This document shows positions 26,416 through 38,368 of a stretch of 64,000 nt of DNA, one piece after another. The stretch lies in the NCBI GenBank assembly GCA_030424545.1, contig JAUHWL010000012.1, positions 20,315 to 84,314 on the forward strand. Direction: 5' to 3'. How positions within the stretch are numbered: position 1 is the stretch's first letter; the number at the start of each line of letters is the position of its first letter. Below the pieces are notes generated by a model. That model did no database searches and was not told the DNA's origin. It worked only from the letters and a program-made list of their open reading frames with translations. The DNA is from Bacteroidia bacterium (lineage in GTDB: Bacteria > Bacteroidota > Bacteroidia > Flavobacteriales > Schleiferiaceae). The position numbers and the translations under genes are program-made.

Positions 26416-29154
26416 ATGAAAAAGATTTACATCCTATTGTTGCTATTTGCAAGCGCAGTTTTTGCAAATGCACAATGCAACGTACCCACAAATTTTGCCG
26501 CTGTAAACAATTGGCCAGACTCTACGCTTATGGCATGGTCAGGTCCAATAGATACATTTCAAGTAGAATATGGTCATTTTGGATTTTTACAAGGAACTGG
26601 AGCTATAATAACGCTTGTAGATACTTCCATTACGTTTTCTGCACCAACATTACTGAATTGTTATAATTACGAAATGTATGTACGCAGGAAATGTGGCAAT
26701 ACGTATTCTGCTTGGGTTGGGCCTAACGCTTTTCAAATAAAGCCAAGCAATACGCCTATTCCTTACGGAATCAATAAATGGTTCTCTTTTCATTGTAAGG
26801 ACTCGCTTAATCCGGTAACAAACGGTTTTCAAATTGGAAATACATGGATCAATACTCCACCAGATTTGCCGAGTACGTTTTCGGTTGTTCAAAACTCTTG
26901 GAGTTGGCTTTATGCCGATGGAGATCTGGATACCATTATGAGTTATTCAACTCCATGGATTGATTTTACTGGCGGCACACAAGATGCAGTTTTCTTTTTA
27001 TACTCGAATAATGAAACTACGCCAGGAGACAATGTTACGGTAAATGTGCATGTGCAAAATGGAATTTCTACTTTTTATAATGTGTACACATATTCAGGCG
27101 ATAACCCCAATTGGAATAAGGAATTTATTGATTTGGGACCTTATTATTCTGCGGCCACCAACAAAGTGAAAATTACTTTTGAGGTTGACCAAAAAACAGC
27201 AATTACACCTAAATGGAACGATATATATATTGACGATTTATTTGTTGGTGATACATCTACATGCTCAACGCAATATACCGTACAACTTTCAAGACCGCAA
27301 CCAAACGATGTCCTTATAAAACGATTTAATGGAACTGCATATAATGCAACGTACCAATATGGCCCAGCTGGTTTTACGCCCAGTGTTGGCCAAAGTGGCA
27401 CAATAAGCACTTCTAGCGATAGTATTTATTTTTCGTCTGTACCGCCCGGTACTGATTGGTTGTACATAAAAGACAGTTGCGTTGGTGCGGATAAGCACAA
27501 GTTTGCCAAATGGAATGGCCCATATTATATAGACTCCACCTATTCTTACAGAATTCATGGCGTGCTAGCAGCAGATATGAACTCCAATTGTGTGCTCGAC
27601 ACGGCAGATTATCGCTTTGTACATCAAAGAGTATCATTGTTTCCAGATAATTTGCGTTGCTTAACAGATGCGCACGGAAATTTTGAATTTATGGTTGATG
27701 GTGGAAATTATTACGTGCACCGTTATAGTTATTCTCTGCCAAATTTACCTTGCCATGCAGATAGTGTTTTTGTTTCTACAGATAGCCTAAATCTCCTTCA
27801 AGCCAATCTATTACGAGACTCGATTTTTCTCCCAGTAGATGTGAAGCCATTTTTGCATACACGAGCATCTGTTTTGCAGGGTGATACCTTTGATATTGGT
27901 TTCTATGTCTACAATTTGAGCAATCAAATAAGCGACACGCTAAATGCTTATTACCGCGTAGATACTACAACCATGAGAATCCTCTCCCAGAATGGATGGA
28001 CACTTACGCCAGGCGGGCAATACTATCATAAAAAAGTGCCACCCATCTACCCTAACCAAAAGTACTTTGAGTCTAACTCGTTTACAATTACTGCAAAAAT
28101 AGGCAGTGCCATTCTTGGCCATTTAAACTATATCGAGATAAGAATTGATACCATAATTCCTTATGAAAATCCTAGCAATGCTCATAACAATTACCACGGT
28201 TGGTATATCGGAAATGTTGCTGCAATAGACCCTAACGACAAAGCCATCTCTCTATCGGGCAATACCTTAATACAAGACTCGGTCTTTAATTTTAAAATTC
28301 GTTTTCAAAATACGGGCAATCACCCAGCTTCGCTAGTTGTGGTGGTTGATACGCTGCCTGCCTATTTACACAATGCCGAGTTTGAGCTTATTAACACAAG
28401 TCACAATTGTGTGACAACGTTAGATAGCAACCATGTGATAAAATTCAAGTTTTACGATATTCAACTGCCCGACAGCACTACAGATTTAGAAGGCAGCAAG
28501 GGCTTTATAGATTTTGCCATGCGCTTGAGCAGCCCTATGCAAATAGGAGATTCTTTGGCAAACCGTGCACATATCTTTTTCGATTATCAGCCAGCCGTAA
28601 TCACAAATTGGGCGTGGGTTAATGTTATTGACTCCTGCAATTTTATTCTGCCCGAGGCACAATTTACCAGCAACTTTGTGGCGCTAAACAGCCAAGGATT
28701 TACGGTTGATTTTACCTCTTCTGCAATAAATGCAAAAACGGTTGTTTGGGATTTTGATGACGGCACCACCGATACAGGAACTTTTGTAAGCCACACATTT
28801 GTTACAAACGGCTCTTACAATGTTGTGCAAACCATTATTAACGCTTGTGGAGTTCAAGATACGGCTGTGAAAAACATCTCCGTTAACGGCATTGGAATAG
28901 AAGAAAACTATACAAATTCGTTTTCGGTGTTTCCAAATCCAGCCTCCAACATGCTTTCTATTCGCTGTTTAAATACCGAAGTTTTAGACATTACGCTAAT
29001 AGATGCCGCAGGTAGAGCGGTACTTAGGGAGCAAATGCAAGACGGAAGCAAAGAATTAAACGTGAGCAAACTTGAACAAGGAACGTACATTATTTCTTTA
29101 CAAAATAAAGATGGCCAGTCCAAAGGCAAAAAAGTAATTCAGATTGTGCGGTAG
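26416..29154 (+). CDS. Secreted T9SS cargo protein with PKD domain and type-A C-terminal sorting domain
   Basis: Signal peptide and a PKD motif (VWDFDDGTTDTGTFVSHTFVTNGSYNV). The C-terminal ~80 aa (FSVFPNPASNMLSI...YIISLQNKDGQSKGKKVIQIVR) is a canonical T9SS CTD. Confidence 0.8.
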   Translation: MKKIYILLLLFASAVFANAQCNVPTNFAAVNNWPDSTLMAWSGPIDTFQVEYGHFGFLQGTGAIITLVDTSITFSAPTLLNCYNYEMYVRRKCGNTYSAWVGPNAFQIKPSNTPIPYGINKWFSFHCKDSLNPVTNGFQIGNTWINTPPDLPSTFSVVQNSWSWLYADGDLDTIMSYSTPWIDFTGGTQDAVFFLYSNNETTPGDNVTVNVHVQNGISTFYNVYTYSGDNPNWNKEFIDLGPYYSAATNKVKITFEVDQKTAITPKWNDIYIDDLFVGDTSTCSTQYTVQLSRPQPNDVLIKRFNGTAYNATYQYGPAGFTPSVGQSGTISTSSDSIYFSSVPPGTDWLYIKDSCVGADKHKFAKWNGPYYIDSTYSYRIHGVLAADMNSNCVLDTADYRFVHQRVSLFPDNLRCLTDAHGNFEFMVDGGNYYVHRYSYSLPNLPCHADSVFVSTDSLNLLQANLLRDSIFLPVDVKPFLHTRASVLQGDTFDIGFYVYNLSNQISDTLNAYYRVDTTTMRILSQNGWTLTPGGQYYHKKVPPIYPNQKYFESNSFTITAKIGSAILGHLNYIEIRIDTIIPYENPSNAHNNYHGWYIGNVAAIDPNDKAISLSGNTLIQDSVFNFKIRFQNTGNHPASLVVVVDTLPAYLHNAEFELINTSHNCVTTLDSNHVIKFKFYDIQLPDSTTDLEGSKGFIDFAMRLSSPMQIGDSLANRAHIFFDYQPAVITNWAWVNVIDSCNFILPEAQFTSNFVALNSQGFTVDFTSSAINAKTVVWDFDDGTTDTGTFVSHTFVTNGSYNVVQTIINACGVQDTAVKNISVNGIGIEENYTNSFSVFPNPASNMLSIRCLNTEVLDITLIDAAGRAVLREQMQDGSKELNVSKLEQGTYIISLQNKDGQSKGKKVIQIVR

Positions 29155-29198
29155 CACGATTTAAGGCAAAAGAAACGAGGCAACTATGTAAAAATAAC

Positions 29199-30725
29199 TC
29201 ACTTCTTTTTAATGTTATCAATCTTGTAAAAACCACCAGCATTTTGTTCGCGAAGCAAGGATTGCTGCAAAATAAGCTGCGCAACGGCCAATAAATTTTT
29301 ACAGCGAAAATGTAATTGCATTGTGGTTAAAGAGGGTGTTATTTCCAACAAAGTATTTTCTAGCGTGGTCATTTCTTTTAGCGCATTTTTTAACTCTATG
29401 TTTCTGCGCACTATGCCCGCATTGGCCGACATGATTTGCTGAATTTCCTTTTGAATCACTTGGTAAAATTCGGCAGGAACATCTGCTTTAGAAAGTATAG
29501 GCAAGCGCGGGTTTGTTGATTTTAATTCCTCAAATTTCTGAGGGATTAAATCTTCGGCACAATTGTGCGCAAACACCAAATTTTCTAACAAGCTGTTTGA
29601 TGCCAATCTATTTGCGCCATGCAAACCCGTGTAGGCACACTCGCCAATGGCAAATAAATGGTGGATGGATGTGCGTGCTTGCAAATCTGTAGCAATCCCG
29701 CCACACATGTAATGAGCTGCTGGAGCTACGGGGATCATTTCTGTTTTAGGGTTGATGCCATGCGCCAAACACTGCTGGTAGATGTGCGGAAACACCGTTT
29801 CGAAATCTTGTATTTCACGGCAATCTAGAAAAACATTGGGTGTTTTTGTGCGCAATTTTTCTTGCGAAATTGCTCTTGCAACCACATCGCGTGGTGCTAG
29901 AGATCCACGCTCATCATACCGATGCATAAATGTTTCTTCGTTGGCTAATTTAAGTTCGGCACCATGCCCACGTACAGCTTCCGAGATTAAAAAAGCTTTT
30001 CCTTTTTGTCCTTTTATGTACAAGGCAGTTGGGTGAAATTGAACAAACTCCATAAATGAGATATTAGCACCGGCCCGTTGGGCAATAGCAATACCATCTC
30101 CAGAAGCCACATCAGGATTTGTAGTAAGCGCATAAACCTGTCCTGCCCCACCTGTGGCCAGCACGGTATAAATGGCGCTTATTGTTGATAGTTCTTGGCT
30201 GTACAGGTTTAAAAAGCTTGCGCCAACGCATTGCTTTTCGTGCATAAGCAAATCCACAGAAAACCAATTATTTAGCTTCGTAACATTTGGGAAATCGGAA
30301 ACAACTTTAAGTAAAACGCTAATTAGCGATTGTCCTGTTTGGTCTTTGCTGTGAACCACACGTGAAGCCGAGTGGCCACCTTCGCGCGCCAAATCTAGTT
30401 TTCTAGAAGGAGCAGTATCGGGCTCCCATCCCCATGAGATAAGCTCATGTATACGAGCCGCTCCTTGGTTAATTACCGCGTTCACAACATCTGGCTTGCA
30501 CCAGCCATCGCCCGCTTTTAAAGTGTCTTCTAAATGCCGTTGCACAGAGTCCTCTACAGCATTCATCACGGCAGCTACCCCTCCTTGTGCAAGGCTAGAG
30601 TTAGAATCAGAAAAATTTGATTTTGATGTGATCGTAATTCTTAGATCAGGCCGTGCCTTGGCCAACTTTATGGCCAACGTTAAGCCTGCTACTCCAGAAC
30701 CTATAATGAGCACATCTGTTTTCAC
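29199..30725 (-). CDS. nadB: L-aspartate oxidase
   Basis: FAD-binding DVLIIGSGVAGL and overall NadB-like sequence. Confidence 0.95.
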   Translation of the reverse strand: MKTDVLIIGSGVAGLTLAIKLAKARPDLRITITSKSNFSDSNSSLAQGGVAAVMNAVEDSVQRHLEDTLKAGDGWCKPDVVNAVINQGAARIHELISWGWEPDTAPSRKLDLAREGGHSASRVVHSKDQTGQSLISVLLKVVSDFPNVTKLNNWFSVDLLMHEKQCVGASFLNLYSQELSTISAIYTVLATGGAGQVYALTTNPDVASGDGIAIAQRAGANISFMEFVQFHPTALYIKGQKGKAFLISEAVRGHGAELKLANEETFMHRYDERGSLAPRDVVARAISQEKLRTKTPNVFLDCREIQDFETVFPHIYQQCLAHGINPKTEMIPVAPAAHYMCGGIATDLQARTSIHHLFAIGECAYTGLHGANRLASNSLLENLVFAHNCAEDLIPQKFEELKSTNPRLPILSKADVPAEFYQVIQKEIQQIMSANAGIVRRNIELKNALKEMTTLENTLLEITPSLTTMQLHFRCKNLLAVAQLILQQSLLREQNAGGFYKIDNIKKK

Positions 30726-30726
30726 A

Positions 30727-31686
30727 TCAGGCTAATTGTGGTTGAGAAATCTGTAGCATACGATCTATGGGCAAACGTGCGCGGTCTATTATTTCTTCTG
30801 AAATATCTACCTGATTGCTTTTGTTTTTAAGCACGTTATATATTTTTTGCAAAGAATTCATCTTCATGTATGGGCACTCGCTGCACGCACAAGTATTGTC
30901 TTCATTTATAGGGGCAGCAATTAGTTTTTTATGCGGATTCTCCTTTGTCATTTGGTGTAAAATACCCGCTTCTGTTGCAACAATGATTGTTTTTTCTTCT
31001 GTTGATTTTGCATAACTAAGCAAAGCACTGGTTGAACCAATAAAATCGGCCATTTCTAAAATAGCCTCTTCGCTTTCTGGGTGCGCTATAAATTTTGCTC
31101 CCGGATTTTGCGTTTTTAAATCTTGAATTTTATCTCTACAAAAAGCTTCATGTACTGTACAAGCACCATCCCAAATCACCATGTCGCGCCCGGTAGTTTT
31201 GGCTAAATAGGCCCCTAAATTTTTGTCGGGAGCAAACAATATTTTTCTGTCTTCAGGAATCGATTCTATTACTTTTACAGCGTTAGATGAAGTACAGCAA
31301 ATGTCACTAAGTGCTTTCACTTCTGCACTGCAATTCACATAAGTAACAACTACATGGTCTGGGTATTGCGCTTTAAAAGCGGCAAAATCTAGTGGCGGGC
31401 AAGATTCATCTAACGAGCAACCCGCCTCAGGCTCTGGCTCTAACACCAATTTTGAAGGGTTAAGAATTTTTGCGGTTTCGGCCATAAAATGCACACCTGC
31501 CAATACGATAATATCAGCATCTGTTTGTTCGGCAATTTGCGCAAGAGCGAGGCTGTCTCCCACAAAATCGGCCACTTCTTGTATTTCGGGAACTTGGTAG
31601 TAGTGGGCAAGAATTACTGCGTTATTCTTGGCACAAAGTGTTCTAATATCCGAAGATAAAGTTTCGTTTTCTGCTTGATTATTCAT
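30727..31686 (-). CDS. nadA: Quinolinate synthase
   Basis: NadA-like with conserved cysteines and adjacency to nadB. Confidence 0.95.
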   Translation of the reverse strand: MNNQAENETLSSDIRTLCAKNNAVILAHYYQVPEIQEVADFVGDSLALAQIAEQTDADIIVLAGVHFMAETAKILNPSKLVLEPEPEAGCSLDESCPPLDFAAFKAQYPDHVVVTYVNCSAEVKALSDICCTSSNAVKVIESIPEDRKILFAPDKNLGAYLAKTTGRDMVIWDGACTVHEAFCRDKIQDLKTQNPGAKFIAHPESEEAILEMADFIGSTSALLSYAKSTEEKTIIVATEAGILHQMTKENPHKKLIAAPINEDNTCACSECPYMKMNSLQKIYNVLKNKSNQVDISEEIIDRARLPIDRMLQISQPQLA

Positions 31687-31881
31687 ATTTCACCGCTTAG
31701 AAAGTAGTTTGCAAAGGTGTATTCTTGTGGATTGAGCAAACATGAAATTTGTCATGATGTACTTTGAAAAGAATCAATTTAGAAATTACAATTTACTGCT
31801 TACTGAAACGTAAAACCTCTGGTTTTAGCATGTGTTGCCAAGAATTATGAGACGTCAACTTGTATAAGAAAAGGTTGGAAA

Positions 31882-32871
31882 TTACTTCGCCAACTTTCGC
31901 AACGCAACCCATTGTTTTAGCATTTCGCGAGAATCTACTGCGGGGTAACCTAAAACGGTTTTTCCAGCTGGAACGTCATTCATTACTCCGCTGCCCGCGC
32001 CAACAACGGCTCCAGAATGGATGGTTGTGTGGTCTTTTATAGATGCGCTGCCGCCAATAATTACGCCATCGCCAAGGGTAACCGAGCCCGCTAAACCGCT
32101 GTGGCCCGCCATGATGCAGGCGCGGCCCATCACGCAGTTGTGCGCAATTTGTACCAGGTTGTCAATCTTGCAGCCATCACCAATAATGGTGCTACTAAAT
32201 TTGCCCCGATCTACGCAGCTGTTGGCACCAATTTCTACGCCATTGCCAATAACCACATTCCCAATTTGCGGAATTTTAACCAAGCCGCGGCCGTCTTCGG
32301 TAGGACGGTAACCAAAACCATCGGCACCAATACTCACGTTTATGTGGAAGATACAGCCCATACCAATTTCGCTGCGTTCGCGGATGACGGTGCCGCTCCA
32401 AACCACGGTGCCCATACCAATGGTTGTTTCGTCAAATACAGAAACATTGTGGTATAAAACCACACCATCGCCCAGGACAACATCTTTGCCCACGTAGCAA
32501 TGCGGCCCAATTTTTACGCCCGCGCCCAGTTTTGCGCTTGGGTGTATTACGGCTGTAGGATGAATTGCTTCTTCAAAAACTGGTGGTGCGGGATTTATCG
32601 CTTCTAGTAATTTTGCCATCGCGAGGTCGGCATTTTTTACTTTGATGAGTGCGCGGTTCTCGCCTGGATCAAGATCAATATTGTCATTTATAAAAGCAAC
32701 AGAAGCTTTAGATGTAGCCCATTGTTTTGCAAATTTCGCACTTCCAATAAAAGTAATGTGGTTTTCTGTAGCTTTTGTAATTTGCTCTGGGGCAGTAATT
32801 TTATGCGTGGTATTCCCTACCAATTCCCCTTGTACAATGTTGTTTATTTCTGTTGCTGTAAATCCTGTCAT
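31882..32871 (-). CDS. lpxD: UDP-3-O-acylglucosamine N-acyltransferase
   Basis: N-terminal LpxD domain followed by hexapeptide-repeat left-handed beta-helix. Confidence 0.9.
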   Translation of the reverse strand: MTGFTATEINNIVQGELVGNTTHKITAPEQITKATENHITFIGSAKFAKQWATSKASVAFINDNIDLDPGENRALIKVKNADLAMAKLLEAINPAPPVFEEAIHPTAVIHPSAKLGAGVKIGPHCYVGKDVVLGDGVVLYHNVSVFDETTIGMGTVVWSGTVIRERSEIGMGCIFHINVSIGADGFGYRPTEDGRGLVKIPQIGNVVIGNGVEIGANSCVDRGKFSSTIIGDGCKIDNLVQIAHNCVMGRACIMAGHSGLAGSVTLGDGVIIGGSASIKDHTTIHSGAVVGAGSGVMNDVPAGKTVLGYPAVDSREMLKQWVALRKLAK

Positions 32872-32872
32872 A

Positions 32873-34459
32873 TTATTCTTTTTCCGATTCGTCTTTAGGT
32901 GTTGTAGGCGTTGTTCCTGTCTTAGGCTTACTAATTTCTTTAATGTCTTCCTTTACTTCTTCGGCTGTTTTTCCCGAAAGATATTCGGGTAAATTCATGC
33001 CCGCTTGGTTAAATAAATCTTGCAAGGGAGGAACAGATTTGTACAGTCCGGTGATAAAATCTGGCGTGCTGTTGCCACCGCCTTTGCCACCGTTGCCGCT
33101 ATCCCAAACGGTAACTTTATCAATTTTTATGGCTTTAACAGCCTCTACTTGTGTTTTTATTAATTCCGGAAGTTTCTCGGCCATTAGGAGCATAAAGGCA
33201 TCTTTAGGGTCGTTGCCGGCCGATTTCACGAGGCGTTCAAAACCTTCGGCTTGTTTGCTTAGTATTTCAAAATGTCCGCGAGCTTCGGCTTCTAGCTTGG
33301 CGTATATCGCATCGGCTTCACCTCGTGCAATACGTCTTTGGCGCTCGGCTTCCGCTTCGGCATCAATTTCTACTTTTTCTTTTTGTATGGTGGTTGGTAC
33401 TACAATGTTGGCGTGTTGCGAGGCTCTATCACGATTGGCGCGCGCTTCTTCGGCTTTTTTCTCAGCCTCGTAAGATTCTTCTAACGCTTGGGCTTCTTTT
33501 ACCTTTTCTGCAGCAATGGCCAATCTGCGTGCTTCTGCTTCGGCTTCTCTACGCGTTGCATCAGATTTTGCAATGGTAATTTTTGCTAAGTTTTCTCCTT
33601 CAACGGCTTTGGCGTTTGCTTCTGAGGTTTGTATACGCTCGTTTTGCTTGGCTTCGGCCTCGCCAATTACGGCACTTGCATCGGCTTTAGAAATTTCTAT
33701 GCGTTCTTTTTGGCCAGCTTCGGCTTCACCAATATTGGCATCGGCATGTGCCGAAGCTACTTTTACGCGCTGTGTCATGGTGGCGTTTGCCTCGCCAATG
33801 CTACCATCTCTGGTTTTTTCGGCCACACTTACGCGGGCATCGTTAATGGCTTTTGCAGCGGCTTCTTTTCCTAACGCTTCAATGTAACCGCTTTCATCTT
33901 TAATGTCGGTTACGTTTACGTTAATCAGTTTAAGTCCTATTTTCTTCAACTCAGCCTCCACATTGCTGGCTACGTTTGCCAAGAATTTATCGCGGTTGTT
34001 GTTAATTTCTTCAATGTCCATGGTGGCCACAACCAAGCGCAACTGGCCGAATATGATGTCTTTGGCCAAATCGTGTACTTGTTGTTGTGTAAGGCCCAAA
34101 AGGCGTTCGGCTGCATTGTTCATGATGCCGGGCTCGGTAGAAATACCCACGGTAAAGCGCGAAGGCACATCAACACGAATGTTTTGGCGGCTTAAGGCAT
34201 TGGTAAGGTTTACCTCTATAGAAATTGGTGTGAGGTCTAAAAACGCATAATCTTGAATTACGGGAATAACAAATGCGGCACCACCGTGAATACATCGGGC
34301 GCTTAAAGAGCCTTCGGAGTTGCTGCCAACTTTTCCGTAAACAACTAGAATTCTGTCGGACGGACAACGTTTATACCGTTGAATAAACAGAAAGAAAATT
34401 ACAAATATTGAAACTACCGCAATGGCAATAACAATTAAAAACATAGGGCTTAAATCCAT
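32873..34459 (-). CDS. Flotillin / SPFH (band 7) family protein, YqiK-like
   Basis: N-terminal TM, SPFH domain, then a long EA-repeat coiled coil ([22 protein letters not shown]...). Confidence 0.85.
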   Translation of the reverse strand: MDLSPMFLIVIAIAVVSIFVIFFLFIQRYKRCPSDRILVVYGKVGSNSEGSLSARCIHGGAAFVIPVIQDYAFLDLTPISIEVNLTNALSRQNIRVDVPSRFTVGISTEPGIMNNAAERLLGLTQQQVHDLAKDIIFGQLRLVVATMDIEEINNNRDKFLANVASNVEAELKKIGLKLINVNVTDIKDESGYIEALGKEAAAKAINDARVSVAEKTRDGSIGEANATMTQRVKVASAHADANIGEAEAGQKERIEISKADASAVIGEAEAKQNERIQTSEANAKAVEGENLAKITIAKSDATRREAEAEARRLAIAAEKVKEAQALEESYEAEKKAEEARANRDRASQHANIVVPTTIQKEKVEIDAEAEAERQRRIARGEADAIYAKLEAEARGHFEILSKQAEGFERLVKSAGNDPKDAFMLLMAEKLPELIKTQVEAVKAIKIDKVTVWDSGNGGKGGGNSTPDFITGLYKSVPPLQDLFNQAGMNLPEYLSGKTAEEVKEDIKEISKPKTGTTPTTPKDESEKE

Positions 34460-34460
34460 T

Positions 34461-35084
34461 TTATACCAATTTTACACGCATTATATTACCTTCTAAAACT
34501 TCTACTACTTCTATAATTGCTCCTGTTGGGATGTCTTCGGTGGCATTGGTTAATGCACTAAATTCATGTACGGAGCCTTGTAATGTTATTTGAATCTTTC
34601 CGAATCCTTTGTTGTTCGCTGGAATTTTTAAATATGTTTCGCCTGTTTTACCAACGGCATTTTGCGGCATTACATTTCCCGTTTCTTTTAGTTTAAATAG
34701 AAAATACATAAGGGTGGCCATGGCTGTCATCATGAGTAAACCGGCAAATATGGAGGTAGTAATTGTTGCAAAAGTGCCAAACCCAGAATCTATACATGCT
34801 ATGCCGGTCCAAGACATTATGGTAAAGAAGGCTACCAAATTTCTAAGTGTTAAAAAATGAAAGCCGATGCCGCTATCATTCTCTACTTCAACATCAGCAT
34901 CTGCCACATCATTACCATCGGCACCAAGAAATGCGGTAATGATTTGAATAATAAAAATGATTGAAGACGGAATTGCGATTATCCAATATATTTTTTCTAA
35001 TGTGGCGAGCGATTCAAACCACTGCGTTAAATCTTGCATGCTGTACTTATAAAGAATGTAAATATGAGAAAATATCTTATGCAA
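34461..35084 (-). CDS. NfeD/YqiJ-like membrane protein (flotillin partner)
   Basis: Membrane helices plus a C-terminal OB-fold-like segment (GKIQITLQGSVHEFSAL...). Lies immediately upstream of the flotillin gene. Confidence 0.6.
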   Translation of the reverse strand: MHKIFSHIYILYKYSMQDLTQWFESLATLEKIYWIIAIPSSIIFIIQIITAFLGADGNDVADADVEVENDSGIGFHFLTLRNLVAFFTIMSWTGIACIDSGFGTFATITTSIFAGLLMMTAMATLMYFLFKLKETGNVMPQNAVGKTGETYLKIPANNKGFGKIQITLQGSVHEFSALTNATEDIPTGAIIEVVEVLEGNIMRVKLV

Positions 35085-35166
35085 GAAATTACTTTACAAT
35101 AGCAATTAAAAAACCTTTTTTAATTGCCTGAGCAGAGCGTTATATTTAAGCCAAAATATATCAAAC

Positions 35167-35937
35167 TTGAAAAATAAAAAAGACATCATAAACAATTGGT
35201 TACCCCGTTATACGGGAAGAACCTTAGAAGATTTTTCTTCATACATCATACTTGTAAATTTTGGAGATTACGTTAGCCGATTTGCAACCCATCATAACGT
35301 AGAAATTGTGGGCAAAGACAAGGCCATGCCAAATGCGAAAGCCGATGGTATAACCATAATTAATTTTGGTATGGGTAGCCCAAACGCTGCCACGGTAATG
35401 GATTTGCTTGGTGCCATAAAGCCCAAGGCGGTTTTGTTTTTAGGTAAATGCGGTGGACTAAAAAAGAAAAATAAAATTGGAGATTTTATCTTGCCTATAG
35501 CGGCCGTACGTGGCGAAGGAACATCAGACGATTATTTTCCGCCAGAGGTTCCTGCGTTGCCTTCTTTTGCGTTGCAAAAAGCCATTTCTACCACCATTAG
35601 AGATTACAACCAAGACTACTGGACGGGCACTGTATACACCACCAACCGCAGGGTGTGGGAGCACGATAACGACTTTAAGAGCTATTTAAAATCCATTAGA
35701 TGTATGGGCATTGATATGGAAACGGCCACCGTTTTTACAACAGCGTTTGCCAATCAAATACCGGCTGGTGCGCTCTTGTTGGTATCAGACCAACCTATGG
35801 TTGCAGAAGGCGTAAAAACTTCGGAAAGTGATAAAAAGGTTACAGACAACTTTGTGGAACTACACATTAAACTGGGCATTGCTTCGCTGAAACAGCTTAT
35901 CAATAATGGAAATACGGTTAAGCATTTGCGGTTTTAA
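35167..35937 (+). CDS. PNP/UDP-1 family nucleoside phosphorylase (AMP nucleosidase-like)
   Basis: 256 aa; the GKCGG / METATVF motifs are consistent with the PNP_UDP_1 fold. Confidence 0.65.
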   Translation: MKNKKDIINNWLPRYTGRTLEDFSSYIILVNFGDYVSRFATHHNVEIVGKDKAMPNAKADGITIINFGMGSPNAATVMDLLGAIKPKAVLFLGKCGGLKKKNKIGDFILPIAAVRGEGTSDDYFPPEVPALPSFALQKAISTTIRDYNQDYWTGTVYTTNRRVWEHDNDFKSYLKSIRCMGIDMETATVFTTAFANQIPAGALLLVSDQPMVAEGVKTSESDKKVTDNFVELHIKLGIASLKQLINNGNTVKHLRF

Positions 35938-35973
35938 CACATAAAAAAACCCGAAGCAATTTGCTTCGGGTTT
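35937..35973. repeat. Copy 1 of a 37-nt direct repeat that is itself a palindromic bidirectional terminator (ACACATAAAAAAACCCGAAGCAATTTGCTTCGGGTTT)
   Basis: Identical to 42658-42694. AAAAAAACCCGAAGCAA / TTGCTTCGGGTTT is a perfect inverted repeat with A- and T-tracts. Confidence 0.75.
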
Positions 35974-36017
35974 CTTCTCTATAGAAAGATAGCATTATAA
36001 AACAATTTCAACACATG

Positions 36018-38345
36018 CTATCTCACCAACTTTATTGTAGCGTTTTCTTGAGCTGTAGAAACACTAACAATATACATTTGGGGTGCTGAGGTATTGGAAA
36101 TTGGAATGTAAAAATCGTTTTTAGTGTCTATATGATTTTCAGAAAAAATTACTTGACCAAGTGAATTGTATAATTGAACATTGGCGTTGGATCCAGCATT
36201 GGCCTTGAACTTTATGATTACGCCTTGCGCAGTATGAGAAAATTGGCAAATGCTTTTTTCTAATTGTAAGTCATCTGGATCTATGATTCCATTGCTGAAA
36301 TGTAAATTAAACCGCTCTACTTCACTACCTTCTTGGTACTCAAATTTATATGGTTTGTTTGTGATTTCATGTAAAATACCAGGTGCTGTTTTTAAATCTT
36401 CAATATAAATATGCCATCCAATTTTTAAAGTTTTTGGATTAACACTTAGACTATAGGTGCCAGTACTGCGCGACCAAAAGCGAACTGGATAAAAGTCATT
36501 TTTCTGAGGTTGGTTGACCGTATTTGTGTATAAAGGGGCAATAATTTCTGTGTTATTTACTTTATAGCTATTTTGAAACCCTATTTGTGGTCGGGTTTTT
36601 CCTGGTTGACTTAAGACATAAGAATCAAACTCGGTATCGTATTGTTTTGTTGCTAAATCATCAAATTTTAAAAGAATGCTATTGGCACTTGTATCTAATA
36701 AATTTAGAGCAATAAGTTCTATTTCATTTGCACCTGTTTTTTGAAATGATTCAGTTGAAAAAACGCGTTGGTCATTTTCAAAAACAAGATATTGATTATT
36801 GCCCGCTGTAGACCATTTTACCCAAAACGCTTGCATTGGTGGTATGTTGGAGGATTGGCCCGGTGCTACATATTGATAATCAATATCTGTTAAGGTCCCA
36901 TCCGCAGTGGTATAAGTCTTTCCTTTATTCCAAATTCTAATATTGTCATACGGAATATTACCGTTGTCATCGCAAAACTCTTGAATGCTTAAGCCACAAG
37001 GATATGGGTTTGCTACTAACGCCCAACCATCCCAGTTGGCTTTGTGGTCTGCTGGTTCATCTGGGTTTGGGCAGCCAATGCCAGTGTAAATTCCTTGAGA
37101 AGCGCCCGCAGAATTTAAGGCATGAGGTGCGCTATGTACATAATCATAAACTAAAGATGCACTAGGTTCATTAAAAATTCCTGTAGCTTTTATAACGCCT
37201 GAAGTGCCGAAATTTTGGCCACCAAGAAATATAGAATAACCTAAAGTGCCACCCATGGCGCTTATGCTGGCTGGGCTGTGCCACTCATGTGGCTCTGTTA
37301 AAGTAGCACCTCCCTCAAATTGAGTAATATTTACGGTTGAAATGTCATTTCCGAAGTTCCCACAATTATCACGAGTAGAAGGGCTTGTGTGATAGGATTT
37401 GTAACTACCATCTACGTTAGCACTTGCCCCCCCAAGGTCTAAATTTTCAATTGATTGTACTGGAAAAGACATGTTTCGCCAACCTTCGTTAGTGCCAGCA
37501 TATTGTTGAATGGTTCCTGATATAGCTGGTCCAATGTATTGAGAATAACCAGTGTTGTCAGAATTCAATACAAATTCTGAAGTGGCAGAATGCGGGTAAT
37601 TAACCGATGCTTGATTAAATGGGCGCATGGTAGCGTTAGAAGCCATATTTAGCGTGAAACCTGATGGTATTTCGAAATAATCAACTTCAACATTTCCAAA
37701 GAGTGTTGCAGAGTTATCGGAAGTTGTTGGGTCGATGATTAACTCTTTTGCGGCATCTGTTTCATTAGGAGCACCATTTGTTCCGTTTCCACCGGTCCAA
37801 ACTCCATCTTTATAAGTAATTATATCATAACCAGAACCAAAAGGAATGAGAACTGGCGAACCATTGTTGTAATTATTCCACTCTTGAGCGGCTGCATTAT
37901 AACCTGGTCCAAGATTTTCATATTCCAGTTTTTGAGTATTATCAACAATGGTAAATTTAAACTCAATTACATCTTGCCAAGCGGTAGTTAATTGGCTTGT
38001 TGGTGGTGAAAAAGTCAACCCGCGGCCAAAAGCTATTTCATTAGGTGCGTTTTGTCCAATTTTTACAAAAGGCACAACGCCAACATCAGTAAAGCCTAAC
38101 CACGCGTGGTTAGCTGCTGGTATATTGTTACTACCATCATTTGGAATCGAAACAGCTAATGGGTTAAATGATAAACCAATAGAAAAGACACCAGAAGTGT
38201 ACGTTGTATTGGCTCGTACTTGAACTTTGACCCAAAAATCACCACCCACAACGCGATCATTTTTGGTAACCACAAGATTTAAGTCATAGTTCTGTCCAAT
38301 TAATAATGCTGGAGTAAAAAGTATTATCAGTAGAATTTTACGCAT
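36018..38345 (-). CDS. Large secreted surface protein with T9SS C-terminal sorting domain
   Basis: Signal peptide MRKILLIILFTPALLIGQ. C-terminal ...VQLYNSLGQVIFSENH...MYIVSVSTAQENATIKLVR resembles a type-A CTD. Confidence 0.75.
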   Translation of the reverse strand: MRKILLIILFTPALLIGQNYDLNLVVTKNDRVVGGDFWVKVQVRANTTYTSGVFSIGLSFNPLAVSIPNDGSNNIPAANHAWLGFTDVGVVPFVKIGQNAPNEIAFGRGLTFSPPTSQLTTAWQDVIEFKFTIVDNTQKLEYENLGPGYNAAAQEWNNYNNGSPVLIPFGSGYDIITYKDGVWTGGNGTNGAPNETDAAKELIIDPTTSDNSATLFGNVEVDYFEIPSGFTLNMASNATMRPFNQASVNYPHSATSEFVLNSDNTGYSQYIGPAISGTIQQYAGTNEGWRNMSFPVQSIENLDLGGASANVDGSYKSYHTSPSTRDNCGNFGNDISTVNITQFEGGATLTEPHEWHSPASISAMGGTLGYSIFLGGQNFGTSGVIKATGIFNEPSASLVYDYVHSAPHALNSAGASQGIYTGIGCPNPDEPADHKANWDGWALVANPYPCGLSIQEFCDDNGNIPYDNIRIWNKGKTYTTADGTLTDIDYQYVAPGQSSNIPPMQAFWVKWSTAGNNQYLVFENDQRVFSTESFQKTGANEIELIALNLLDTSANSILLKFDDLATKQYDTEFDSYVLSQPGKTRPQIGFQNSYKVNNTEIIAPLYTNTVNQPQKNDFYPVRFWSRSTGTYSLSVNPKTLKIGWHIYIEDLKTAPGILHEITNKPYKFEYQEGSEVERFNLHFSNGIIDPDDLQLEKSICQFSHTAQGVIIKFKANAGSNANVQLYNSLGQVIFSENHIDTKNDFYIPISNTSAPQMYIVSVSTAQENATIKLVR

Positions 38346-38368
38346 AGAATTTGGAGTTAAGTTCTGAT

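Noticed and set aside
32021-34367. Cluster of plus-strand ORFs (32021-32311, 32101-32457, 32642-32992, 32943-33473, 33325-33579, 33516-33887, 33629-33874, 33903-34250)
   Set aside because: All lie antisense within well-supported lpxD and flotillin genes. The hexapeptide and EA-repeat coding regions generate long open antisense frames.
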